Assembly: GCA_964016885.1 (NCBI GenBank)
Contig: OZ024748.1
Location: 32,054,001 to 32,118,000 of the forward strand
Reading direction: 5' to 3'
Source: Eledone cirrhosa
Lineage: Eukaryota
DNA: 64,000 nucleotides
Both the position numbers and the translations under genes were made by a program. Position 1 is the stretch's first letter; each line of letters opens with the position of its first letter. Of the stretch, positions 1 to 12,895 are shown one piece after another. The notes beneath the pieces are model-generated. The model did not search any database, was not told the DNA's origin, and saw nothing but the letters and a program-made list of their open reading frames with translations.

Positions 1-661
1 TCAAATTAGAAGTTGCAAAATGTTATCAGCTTTATTTCACGACATTAACGTTGGTGTATCTTCTTCATCTTTAGTCATGAATTGATATCTTGTCAGAATG
101 AAGTAGTGAGGCTGACTATATGTCTTTAGCTACAGATTTGATAGGAAATATATATATATTAGGTTGATATGTGGTCTAAAATATATATATATTGTCTATA
201 AATGACTGATAGCAGATCTTCTGGTGAAATAGTAGTTTTACTACTACAGATTGTAATGGAACTCTTAGTAGACACAATTGTAAAGTAAGAATAGATATGA
301 CAGTGTAAGACTGATGTCAGGGAAAGAAAATTGTGTATATATATAACAAAATACTAGTGTGTATGAATGTAACATAAACAATTTGTGGATATATAGAACA
401 GAAAAGTTGACATGTCAATGAATAGATGAGAGAATGAAACAAAGTTATTAGTTACCGTTTGGTTGCCAGGTGAACGCGCCTGGGCGACGACTCCTGGCGA
501 AGGCCAGGAGCCGAAAAGGCGAATGAGAGAGAGAGAACTTAAAGTTGTTAGTTTTATAGGGTTCTGACAGGAAGTTACAGAAAGGGTTCTACTTCCTGTC
601 TAGAGAGCGTTAATCTATTGGGGATGTGAGTGTCACAACAAGGGAGGCAACTCCTGCTACA

Positions 662-856
662 TATATATAATTTAAAGATATTTTACTCAAAACCTACGAC
701 AGTAAAGAAGAACAGATAAAGACATTCAATGTAGAAGAGCACTCGGAGTTCCTAAAAAATAACTTACTAGAGGCGATGGATGAGATATGTGGCTGGAGTA
801 AGACCACAGGCAGGAGGAGAGGGACTTGGTGGTGGAACAATAAGGTAGATGAGGCA
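662..856 (+). repeat. Duplicated 195-bp RTE flank inserted next to the 3' LTR
   Basis: Near-identical to 2643-2837 (encodes ...EAMDEICGWSKTTGRRR.TWWWNNKVDEA). Confidence 0.85.
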
Positions 857-2181
857 CTACATTATCCCCCGCCAGATTTTTAAAATATAAAAGTCGAATG
901 AAATATGTATGTAGTAAGTTGGCGAGAATGTTGTAACAGGCATGAAAATTATGAAAAAAAAATAATGTTTGCAAAAATCAATGATAGATATCAAGGTAGC
1001 CAACCGCTCTTGGCCAGAGATCGACTGGACATCTATCTATCCATCACCCAAAGATAAAATGTCATCAAAGTAAGAGAAGAGCTCAAAGTTCAAATGTACA
1101 AAATATAGTTCACAGGTGTGCAATCACATGACAGCAGGAAAGAAAGTGTGTTCCAGAGAATGAATGCAGGTGGTTTCTGTTCTGTGGTGTAACGTGAAAT
1201 TTCCAACCTCCGAATGGATTTTCTCACAGGAAGAGTGCTGCAAAAATAAATTCTCTGGCTTGTTCTGCTGGTTTTGTTTGTTGATGAAGCTGTGTTGCTG
1301 TTGATGTTGTTGTCTCGCGGAGTGAGCGTATTCGATGTTTAAATTCACAGTAAAAAAATTTTTTCAGAAAAAATGAGTTGCGCAAAGTGCTAGAAATAAC
1401 AGCCGAAGTTGACGGTCGATGTTGAGAATGCATTGACCTGGAGGGTCAAGAGGCCAGCGACCAAAGAAATAAGCATTCTGAATAAATGCGCAGTTTTCAA
1501 CGGCAAATTTACGTGGTAAATTTTTAAACCGGCAAATAGGAGAATATAGCTTAAGGCTGGAGAATCCTTGGGGAGAAACGTTATCCCTGGCGTGTGGATA
1601 TCTCACTGAATCGAGATATCTCCGTGAGTCGAGAATTTGTGCTGCCTACACGTGCCAATACAAAGTTAAGTTGAAAAAAAAAAAAAAAAATTTCTATTGC
1701 GCGTGAAAATGGCGCGAAAATGATAGTGCAACAGGTCGTTGGCAGCCATTTTGAAAAATTGTGTGTGTGAAAGTGACAATGATGAAAAAGAAAGAAAGGC
1801 TTCACTTAGCATAACAAATATGGCGAGTTCAATTTTTCTTTTGTGAACGATGAAGAAAACGATGAAAAAAAAGGCAATGGTTGAGATTCATCGAAAATAA
1901 CAATTCCTGTTGAAATGTTTTTAAAAAAAAAAAATCAAATTTCTTTTTTTTTTATTTGTCTTTAAAGTGTTCGTTGTAAGAAACGAGAAACATATATATA
2001 TCCACAGTGAACTGTGACAGTTAGTGGATGCGTGAGGGGAAAAGAGTCTGTCTGGACGAAAATTTCACATGTGCGTGTGTGCGTTTCTTTGACTGAGTAT
2101 TTTCATAGTTTGTCAATGAAATTTGCTGTGTATTCGTAATGTTACTCACACAACACCAGATTCTGCTATTTTTATTTTTTT

Positions 2182-2297
2182 TCGGGGTCACCACTTATAA
2201 CAATGAACGGCTGCGTGTTCGTATCACGTCGGGGTCACCACTTATAACAATGAACGGCTGCGTGTTCGTATCACGTCGGGGTAACCACTTATAACAA
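2182..2297 (-). repeat. Tandem 47-bp PBS array (tRNA-Trp 3' end plus LTR terminus), about 2.4 units
   Basis: TCGGGGT(C/A)ACCACTTATAACAA recurs at 2182, 2229 and 2276. 2209-2240 and 2256-2287 read GGCTGCGTGTTCGTATCACGTCGGGGT(C/A)ACCA, which matches the metazoan tRNA-Trp(CCA) 3' end including CCA. Confidence 0.9.
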
Positions 2298-2649
2298 AAT
2301 ACTGGATTGTATGAATGTAACAAGGAGACGATCGATTTGTGTGTATAATATTTAATAAACAATTTGTGGATATATAGAACAATGGAGTTGACATGTCAAT
2401 GAATAGATGAGAGAATGAAACAAAGTAATTAGTAACCGTTTGGTTGCCATGTGAACGCGCCTGGGCGACGACTCCTGGCGAAGGCCAGGAGCCGTAAAGG
2501 CGAATGAGAGAGAGAGAACTTAAAGTTGTTAGTTTTATAGGGTTCTGACAGGAAGTTACAGAAAGGGTTCTACTTCCTGTCTAGAGAGCGTTAATCTATT
2601 GGGGATGTGAGTGTCACAACAAGGGAGGCAACTCCTGCTACATATATAT

Positions 2650-5171
2650 AATTTAAAGATATTTTACTCAAAACCTACGACAGTAAAGAAGAACAGATAA
2701 AGACATTCAATGTAGAAGAGCACTCGGAGTTCCTAAAAAATAACTTACTAGAGGCGATGGATGAGATATGTGGCTGGAGTAAGACCACAGGCAGGAGGAG
2801 GGTGACTTGGTGGTGGAACAATAAGGTAGATGAGGCAGTTAAAGCCAAGAGACAGGCATGGAAAGAATGGAAGAACGGGGAGAGCAGGGTACATTACATA
2901 GATACCAGGAGGGAAGCTAGGCGACAAGTATACTTAGCTAGGAGGGAAGCAGAGGATAGGAAAATTCAAGCATGTTTTGCAATGTGAGGACCTGAAACAG
3001 GAGGTGTTCAAGATTGCCAGGCAGTGTGTCAGAGAGAATTGCGATGTCATTGGAGAGAAGTGTATCTGGAATGATAAAGGTGAGTTTTCCGTCACAAGTG
3101 CTGAGAAGAAAGATGCGTGGAAGAGCCATTATGATAGATTATTAAATAAGGAGAATGCATGGGAAGAAGAGACCCTACCCCAAGTAAACCCTATAGAGGA
3201 GCCGGCAGTATAAGTCAGCAGCAGCGTAGTAAGTAAGGTAATCAAAGATATGAAGATGGGGAAGGCAAACGGTCCATCGGGTATAGCTGCTGAGATGCTG
3301 AAGGCATCTGGGTCGGTAGGTCACACTATAACCACACGTATTGTTAACCAGATAATAATAGAAGGTGCCATACCAAAGGATTGGTGCAGTAGCATCATTG
3401 TCAACTGCTACAAAGGTAAAGGTGATGCACTAGATAGAGGAAACTATAGAGGTATAAAGCTGATGGACAAAGTCATGAAAGTTATAGCACAGTTGATTAG
3501 GGACGAGGTGAAACTAGATGAAAGGCAATTTGGGTTTGTGCCAGGAAGAGGCACCACTGATGCCCTCTTCCTTGTGAGGCAGTTACAGGAAAACTACCTA
3601 GCTAAAAGTAAGCTGCTCTACCTGGCTTTTGTCGATATGGAAAAAGCCTTCGACAGGGTGCCATGTGCTATAATCTGGTCGGCTCTTAGAAAACTAGGAG
3701 TAGATGAATGGCTTGTGAAAGCTGTACAAGCCATGTATAGGGGAGCAGTCAGAAAAGTTAGGATTAGCAATGAGTATAGCGAGGAATTTAGCATACAGGT
3801 CGGTGTCCACCAGGACTCTGTTCTTAGCCCTCTCCTGTTCATCATAGTCCTGCAGGCAATAACAGAGGAGTTTAAGACCAGATGCCCACGGGGACTCCTG
3901 TATGCAGATGACCTCGCACTTATAGCTGAATCTATGGTAGAACTAGAGAAGAAATTCCAAACTTGGAAGCAGGGACTAGAAAGAAAGGGTCTCAAAGTCA
4001 ACATGACAAAGACTAAGGTCCTTGTAAGTAGACGAGAAAACAGAACCCAGATCCCCTCACGGAAATGGCCTTGCTCAGTATATAGGAAAAGTGTAAGTAG
4101 GAACTCCATTCTCTGCCCCAAATGCAAACAATGGGTACATAAGAGATGTAACGGGATCTCAGGAAGCTTAATTAAGAATGTAGGCTTCACATGTAGCAGC
4201 TGTGCTGGGACAGCAAGCAGCAAACAGCCACAGGAAACAAGTACCACCAATCTCTGTGGGGCCTCTGTAGAAACAGTAGACAGCTTCTGCTACCTAGGTG
4301 ACCGAATTAGCAGCGGAGGTGGGTGTTCGGAAAGTACAATAACTAGGGTAGAGAACGGAGTGGAAGAAGTTCAGAGAGCTACTGCCACTGCTAGCTGCAA
4401 AAGGCTTTTCCCTCAAAATGAAAGGCAGACTGTATGATGCGTGTATTCGAACAGCAATGTTACATGATAGTGAGACCTGGGCGCTGAAGGTGGAAGACTT
4501 ACATAGATTAGAAAGAAACGAAGCCTGCATGCTCTGATGGATGTGTAATATACGCGAACGGCAAAGCATAAATGAATTGAGAGAGAGACTGAGCATCAGA
4601 GGAATCAAGTGCTGTGTGCAGGAGAGGTGGTTGCGTTGGTATGGACATGTGATGCACATGAAGGATGACAGCTGCATAAAAAGTTGCAGAGCACTAGAAG
4701 TCGATGGAAACCGCGGAGTGGGGAGACCCAAGAAGACCTGGTATGAGGTGATAAAAGCCGACCTTACCCAATTACACCTTTCAAAGGCGATGACACATGA
4801 CCGTGACCTCTAGCGTCACGCAGTAATACAGAAGACTCGGACCCCCAGGGGTACAAGCCGAAGCTGAAGCATATAGACAATATGACCCCACACCCTCCCT
4901 CTGTAAAGTGGTCGTGGAGGTGCCACGGCAAAAAAACACCCAGCCCACACTCTAAAGTGGATGTGTAGGCGCCACGGAAAAAAGCACCCAGCACTCACTG
5001 TAAATGAGGTTGGTGTTAGGAAGGGCATCCAGCTGTAGAAATCAAGCCAGAATCAGTTCCCGTATGAGCAAGACAAGGTCAGCCGACTGGACACTGCCCA
5101 CAACAGGACAACTCGTTTAACCCATGCTAGCGTGGAAGAATGGGCGTAAAACGGTGATGATGATGATGATG
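2650..5171 (+). mobile_element. 5'-truncated RTE-clade LINE with disrupted ORF
   Basis: ORF pieces 2757-4813 carry RT motifs (NYRGI, QFGF, DMEKAFD, GVHQDS, YADD), a PHD-like CxxC..HxxC insert and the LRWYGHV...GRPKKTW C-terminus. (GAT)n tail at 5153-5171, AATT on both sides. Absent from the paralogous site at ~29795. Confidence 0.93.
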
Positions 5172-5433
5172 AATTGTTACACAAGATATAATTAGATTAA
5201 TTAAAGTTATAATGAACACTGCAGATACACGGTGTCATTGGGAATGTTTCAACTCTCGTACGAGAGTTGAAACAGTTCCAATCATATTTAATTTATTGTA
5301 AATCAGAAAGTATCACTCAGTAAAATATCAATTATATATCAATAAGAAAACCTATACGTAGTCTGCTAGAAATAGCAGCGATATTATCCATTATAACTGC
5401 TCTCTCTCTATATATATATATATACATATATGT

Positions 5434-5795
5434 TTAGTTATGTAATAAACAACATAAGATAATTATTTCATGTACCAGTAGTTTCTTGAAGGCAGATGTT
5501 ATGTCTGTCTTCAGTCGTCAGAATGAATAAGATGTCATTTATTCATTTTGACGACTGAAGACAGACATAACATCTGCCTTCAAGAAACCACTGGTAAATG
5601 AAATAATTATGTTTTGTTGTTTATAACATAACTAATAAGCTCTGTAGCCTACATAGAGCACTCTTTTTTCCTGTACCGTTCCGACGGAAATACTACATGT
5701 ATATGTATATATATATAAATATATGTGCACAAAATATATACAGAGCTTATTAGTTATGTAATAAACAACATAAAATAATTATTTCATGTACCAGT
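5434..5795. mobile_element. Penelope-like terminal remnant: ~95-bp-arm fold-back plus a further partial copy
   Basis: 5434-5530 is the reverse complement of 5539-5635. Both arms carry a hammerhead core. 5740-5795 repeats the arm start. A related copy is at 30120-30350. Confidence 0.65.
5463..5530 (-). ncRNA. Minimal type I hammerhead ribozyme motif
   Basis: TTATTCATT-CTGACGA-[stem II CTGAAGACAGA/TCTGCCTTCAA]-GAAAC-TACTG-GTA-CATGAAATAA. The plus-arm copy at 5539-5606 has a C-to-T change in the core. Confidence 0.6.
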
Positions 5796-5879
5796 AATAT
5801 ACATGGGTATAGTCTAACCCATGCTAGCGTAAATAGACGTTGATGATGATGATGATATATATTCATATATTATATATAT

Positions 5880-6890
5880 ATCCTCATCACAGTTTAAACT
5901 CCAATTTAAATGCTAGCATGGGTCAGACAAGTTGTCCTGTTGTGTGAAAACTTAGATCAAATGACCCTGTCTTGCTCATGCTAGAACCATTTCTGGTTGG
6001 TTTCTATGGCTGGATGCCCTTCCTAACTCTAACCACATTTACAGGGTGGACTAGGTATTTATTGTTGTGTTGCTAACATGACCAACCTACAGGGTGGACT
6101 GGGTGCTTTTTGTTGTGTCACCAGCATGACTACCTTGCAGGGAAGGTTAGGTGCTCTTTTGTCATGTTACCTAACAAAGAGGACTCTGTGTTCTTTTGTC
6201 ATGACACCTGCATGACCACCTTACAGGGTTGCCTGAGGGTTTGGCCATTTCAGCAGCATTGGAGGAGAGTATGTTAAGCTTTCCATACTTGTATACATGG
6301 GTTGGTCAAGAGAGGTGAATCATGTGAATGTAGAGTGGGGATTGGAGAGATAGGTCAGGGTGGTGTACTTAGTAGGTAAGGGGGTGTTAAGACATGGAGA
6401 GGAGGAAAATTGGAGCATCTCTACCTACATATACATCACATGTCCATACCACAGCAATCTCCTATTCTGTATACTGTATCTTATCCTCTTATGCCCAGGT
6501 TCTCTCTCAGTTTATTAACACGTTCCCCTTCATGTATATTCATGTTACACATCCATTGGAGAATTCAAGCTTCATTTCTATCCAATCCTCAGAGGTCCTC
6601 ACTGAAATGCAGCATTGCTGTTCATATGCACACAACAATTTGATGAAACCTTTTATAGCTATCAGCAGTTGTAGCACCCTAAACCTCTGCCATCTTGTTC
6701 TTACTCTGGTTACTGTACTTTCAGAACTCCTACCTCCACTGCTAATTTGGTACCCCAGCTAACTGTCAACTGCTTCTACGGAACCCTTTAAATATTTGAT
6801 AGAGCTTGTCTTCTCAAAGCGATTGCTGCTTACTGCTCTAGCGCAGTGACCCCCATGTAAAATCTACGTTCTTAGCTAACTTACCACATA
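5880..6890 (-). mobile_element. Old degenerate RTE 3' fragment (paralogs ~17005-18490 and ~32660-34040)
   Basis: Reverse complement of the RTE tail (ACCCATGCTAGCA), the 3' UTR and decayed C-terminal ORF sequence. Present in all three units. Confidence 0.75.
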
Positions 6891-7079
6891 TGTGAGACCA
6901 TTGGTTTCCAAGTTCACTTATGGCACCACTGTTTATTAGGGGAGGCATTTCCAAGCAGACCCTTCATTGCTGACAAATATATTAAAAAGTTCTTTCCTCC
7001 AGTAATTTTTACCCTAAACAGAGGAGAGTTTCATATTGTCAAAAAGGGAGGTAAATGTCAGGCTTAATTATACATGTAA

Positions 7080-7686
7080 TTAGACACACATAGAAGTGGT
7101 CGATAGCTTTTGCAATCTAGGTGACTTAATTAGCAGTGGAGGGGGCTGCTCTGAAAGATGAATAGCTAGAATAAGGATAGGATGGAAAAAGTTGAGAGAG
7201 CTACTGCAACAGTTGACCACAAAAGGCTTCTCTCTCTGTACAAAAGGATGACTGTATGACACGTGGGTGATGTGCAATGATGTATGGTAACGAAACAAGG
7301 GATGTAACTGCAGAGGATATGTAGACTGGAGAGAAATGCAACAACCATGCTTTGTAGGATATGTTATGTAAGTTCAAGAAGAAGCTGGGTTTAAGAGTGA
7401 TCTGAAGTGGTGTGTAAGAGAGAACACTATGTTTGTACGACATGTGATGCACATGTATAATGACCACTGGGTGAAGGAGAGCCAGGAAATCCCAGTAGAA
7501 GGAAACCATAGTAGAGGTAGACTAAGAAAGGCCTGGACAGAGGCTGTGTGAACTGACTGCAAATGACTGACTCTCACAGAGGAGATGACAAAGGAACACG
7601 ACGTGTTGAAAGATGCCATGATGAGAAGGACATGTCCCATCAAGCAAGCATGTAAAACAGACATAAAAACGATGATGTTGATGACG
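7080..7686 (+). mobile_element. Old degenerate RTE 3' fragment (paralogs ~18740-19390 and ~34290-35350)
   Basis: Decayed VDSFCNLGDLISSGGG...GWKKLRELL and GRxKKxW coding sequence, with a GAT-like tail. Confidence 0.75.
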
Positions 7687-7877
7687 TACATATACATACA
7701 TACATACACAAATGAATCAAATACAGATATGTACATACGTATATACAAACATAGATACAAACATATACATGGACACAAATTTCTACACACACACATTCAC
7801 ATATATATAACGTATATAGTCTTGGTTACAACTTCTACAAATAAAATGAAAAGAGAAGAATTTCTTAGTAAAACAGA

Positions 7878-7883
7878 TTTATT
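7878..7883 (-). terminator. Putative poly(A) signal of ZNF copy 1 (paralogs 19614-19619 and 35571-35576)
   Basis: AATAAA followed ~20 nt later by a T/GT-rich tract, conserved in all three units. Confidence 0.5.
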
Positions 7884-8311
7884 CAAAATATTAACAACAT
7901 TGGTGGCACTATTTTAGGTGAGTGATATGGTTTTTATCTTGTCTAATTGTGTTGCATTAAGTAATATTTACAAAAGAACGATTTATCACAGACATCACAG
8001 TGATATAGTTCCTCTCCTGTATGTGTTAGTGCGTAGTGAATCCACAACATTTAGAGAAGGATTTACCACAGACATCACAGTGATATGGTTCCTCTCCTGT
8101 ATGTGTTAGTGTCTAGTGAAACAACAACATTTAGAGAATGATTTACCAAATATATCAATGTGATATGGCTTCCCAGCTGAATGTATATGATTGTGTGTAG
8201 TTAATGTAACATTCAAAGAGAATTATTTCCCTCAGATATCACATTGATATGTAATTGTATTCTCATTAATTCACAAATTTGAGGGAATTATTTATCACTG
8301 ATGTCAATGCG

Positions 8312-10052
<1,741 letters not shown>

Positions 10053-10392
10053 AATTATTTCTTCTTCAACAGAATATACAGAATGTTTTCCTTGTAATAT
10101 TGTTTATATTATATTTCTTATAGAATATTTCTTCTTCTATATTTCCCTCAACTATATTTCAGTTAATATCTGAAGATAATACAAACTTCTTTTTCATCCA
10201 AGTTTAGTTAAAATACAAAACCAACAAAATAAACTCAGTTTTGAGGAAATATTTCACAGTAATACGACGAGAGATTTATATAAACAGTGTTATATAAGTA
10301 CTGCTTCGAATGTTTTAGTCTTGAATGATGATAAATAGAGGTGATGTATCAAAGATTGAAAATAATAATTTATCCCAATGTCAACTGATATT

Positions 10393-10410
10393 CTGAAATA
10401 AGAAAGAAAC
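10393..10410 (-). promoter_or_regulatory. Splice acceptor of the ZNF coding exon (paralogs 22036-22053 and 39675-39692)
   Basis: GTTTCTTTCTTATTTCAG|AATATCAG lies ~340 nt upstream of the ATG and is conserved in all three copies. Confidence 0.65.
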
Positions 10411-10859
10411 AGTATGAGATAATACAGAATAGTTTAGAAGCAGAGATAGATTTAACAGTGGAAATGTTATATTTCTATATTGGTAAACTGTAGATATCAA
10501 CTTTCCTGTCCAGAGCAACTCTCTCCAAAGTAAGCACTGGTATTCCAGCATGCTCTATAAATTATATCCTTCTATCGCTTCAGAGGTCTGCTCTATGGCA
10601 GTTTAGCAGAAAATTCATTCTTGTAGGACTTATAAGAAAGAAAAAGTATGAGGTAATAGAGAATACTTAAAATACAGAGATAGATTTAACAGTGGAAATA
10701 TTACATGTCTACTACATTTCCCAGCGTCAAAGACATTACTTTTTCCCTAATATAAGTCTCAAAAATCTACCATACGTCCTGGAGGGCGAAGGTTATTTAG
10801 TATTTTTTATCAAAAATCTTGACGACTTTGGCACCGGAAAATACGGTACATTGGCATAT

Positions 10860-11625
10860 ATGTCAAACTACAGCTGCACCATCATGATAGCGGTGTCATC
10901 TAGTACAAGGCCCCAAAACTGTGGTAACCTTGTGAGATGGGTTTGGCACGGCCGACTGGCTACCCTCCCTATAGTGGCACAGCCAACTGGTCAGCCCTTC
11001 TCGTAACCGTACCATCCAGTACCAGTCCCCATAACTATGGTAACATCATGGTTTGGCGCAGCTGGCTGACCACCTCTCCTCATAATGGTGCCACCCAGTA
11101 CCAGGCCCAAAAATTATAGTTACACTGTAAGATGGGTTCAGTCAGCCAACTGGCCTGTCCCTCCTCATAACAAAGCCATCCAGTTCCACACTGTAAACAT
11201 GGTTCATGTTAGGAAGGGAATCCACCCGACCAAATTTACAGACCTCGCCTGAGCAAGGTGTGACACATGGCCAACCCTGGCCAGACATGCCTCCTGGTGT
11301 GGATGATCCGTCTAATCCATGCAAGAATGGAAAAATGGACGCTAAATGGTGATGACACAGACATATATATATATATCCCACCCAAACTGGACATGTAAAA
11401 GACACAGCAAAAAGCACCCAACCCACACTGTAAAGTGGACATGTAGGTGTCTTGGGAAATGCATCCACTCCACACTGTCAATGTGGTTGGCAATAGGAAG
11501 GGCATCCAGCCATTGAAAGCTAGCCAGAAACAGCCCTATATGAGTGAGACACAGTCACCTGACCCAACTTGCCTCTAACCCATGCTAGTGTGGAAGATGG
11601 ACGTTAATTGATGATGATGATGATA
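10860..11625 (+). mobile_element. RTE-type 3' UTR / SINE-tail fragments with internal imperfect tandem repeats (paralogs ~22450-23150 and ~39955-40625)
   Basis: Repeated CCAGTACCAGGCCCCAAAA...GTGAGATGGGTT units, AGGAAGGGCATCCAGC, and AACCCATGCTAG...(GAT)n tails. Confidence 0.6.
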
Positions 11626-11821
11626 TAATAAAAGGTTGTAGTTTGCTTGAAGCATTCTATATAACATTGAAAGAGATAGAAGGCTAAACAATGCAAAATG
11701 GACTGTAAGATGAGGTAAGGAAAAGTAAAAGTTACCTGGTAATCTTTGTTTTGTTTTTTTGTTGTTGTTCGTTTATTTGTCCAATATTGTGGGACCTAAA
11801 AGTCCTTTCTTTAGGGTTTAA

Positions 11822-12071
11822 CCCTTTAGCATTTACATTACTACATATATACTATTATATTTGCATGGTAAAGACTTTACCTCACATAACATTTACATTA
11901 CTACATATTTAATATTATATTTCCATGGTAATATCGAATTTATGAGATTTTGATATTATTTATATTGAAAACAATACCATAACATCAGTATCGGTGGCCA
12001 ATTACGGCTGGTTTAAAACAAAAAAGGAGACAAAATTCTGGCCAGTTACGGCCAGTTTAAATGTTAAACGG
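11822..12071. mobile_element. piggyBac-family MITE (paralogs 23352-23618 and ~40675-40893)
   Basis: TTAA|CCCTTTAGCATTTA ... TAAATGTTAAACGG|TTAA: TTAA target duplication and terminal inverted repeats. Same TIR type as the piggyBac at 44424. Confidence 0.8.
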
Positions 12072-12169
12072 TTAAGCAACTTTCAGTGGATAATGTTCCA
12101 AGTTGCTCTTTTGGGATTAAATTTTGAATTTGATTAAAAACATTTCTGTCATTTTCAAGCATTTTATAA

Positions 12170-12565
12170 AATTGATGGAAGCTGTGAAGTAGGAAAACCT
12201 GGGATGAGGTGATAAAAGCTGACCTCACACAATTGATGGAAGCTATAGAGTAGGAAGACCTGGGATGAGGTGATAAAAGCTGACCTCACACAATTGATGG
12301 AAACTGTGAAGTAGGAAGACCTAGGATGAGGTGATAAAAGCTGACTTCACACAATTGGTGGAAGCTATGGAGTAGGAAGACCTAGTTTGAGATGATAAAA
12401 GCTGACCTCACACAATTGATGGAAGCTATGAAGTAGGAAGACCTGGGTTGAGGGGAGAAAAGCTGACCTCACACAATTGATGGCAGCTATGGTGTAAGAA
12501 GACCTGGGATGAGGTGAGAAAAGCTGACCTCACACAATTGATTGAAGCTATGGAGTAGGAAGATA
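12170..12565 (+). repeat. 61-bp RTE-derived minisatellite, ~6.5 units
   Basis: Unit AATTGATGGAAGCTATGGAGTAGGAAGACCTGGGATGAGGTGATAAAAGCTGACCTCACAC. Confidence 0.95.
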
Positions 12566-12895
12566 AGTACGGTTGTTTGAGGAAGACCAGCATTCACCCA
12601 TGTATACCAGTCTCTCACTCCACGCCACCGATGTTGTCCAAGGGAAAGGTAATGACTGATACAGCTCGGTACCAGTGACATCGCATCATATATATACACT
12701 ATATATATATCATATATACACTGTGTACACTATATATTATACACTATATATGATGTTGTCCAAGGGAAAGGTAATGACTGATACAGCTTGGCACCAGTGA
12801 TTTCACAACATATATACTATATATATATATATACACTATGTATAATATATATACACTATATATATATTATATATACACTATGTACAGTATATATA

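Larger units (their letters stand above)
342..2642 (-). mobile_element. Non-autonomous LTR retrotransposon (Ty3/Gypsy-like termini) with ~1.4 kb non-coding internal region
   Basis: Two direct LTRs (2290-2642 and 342-661) read TGTAGCA...TGTTATA on the minus strand, with TATA on both flanks (338-341, 2643-2646). A tRNA-Trp PBS (TGGTGACCCCGACGTGAT) follows the 5' LTR. A PPT-like GGCGGGGGA (873-865) is followed by TAA-TGTAG. No convincing gag or pol ORF. Paralogous sites at ~15600 and ~29785 are empty TA runs. Confidence 0.8.

Noticed and set aside
1124-1805. gag-like ORFs inside the LTR element
   Set aside because: Short overlapping ORFs with no recognisable capsid or zinc-knuckle motif.
2209-2287. 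tRNA-Trp gene(s)
   Set aside because: Only the 3' 32 nt are present, with encoded CCA and no D or anticodon arm. This is a reverse-transcribed primer copy, not a gene.
3618-4731. Long antisense ORFs over RTE and CR1 copies
   Set aside because: Shadow frames of LINE coding sequence with no independent motifs.
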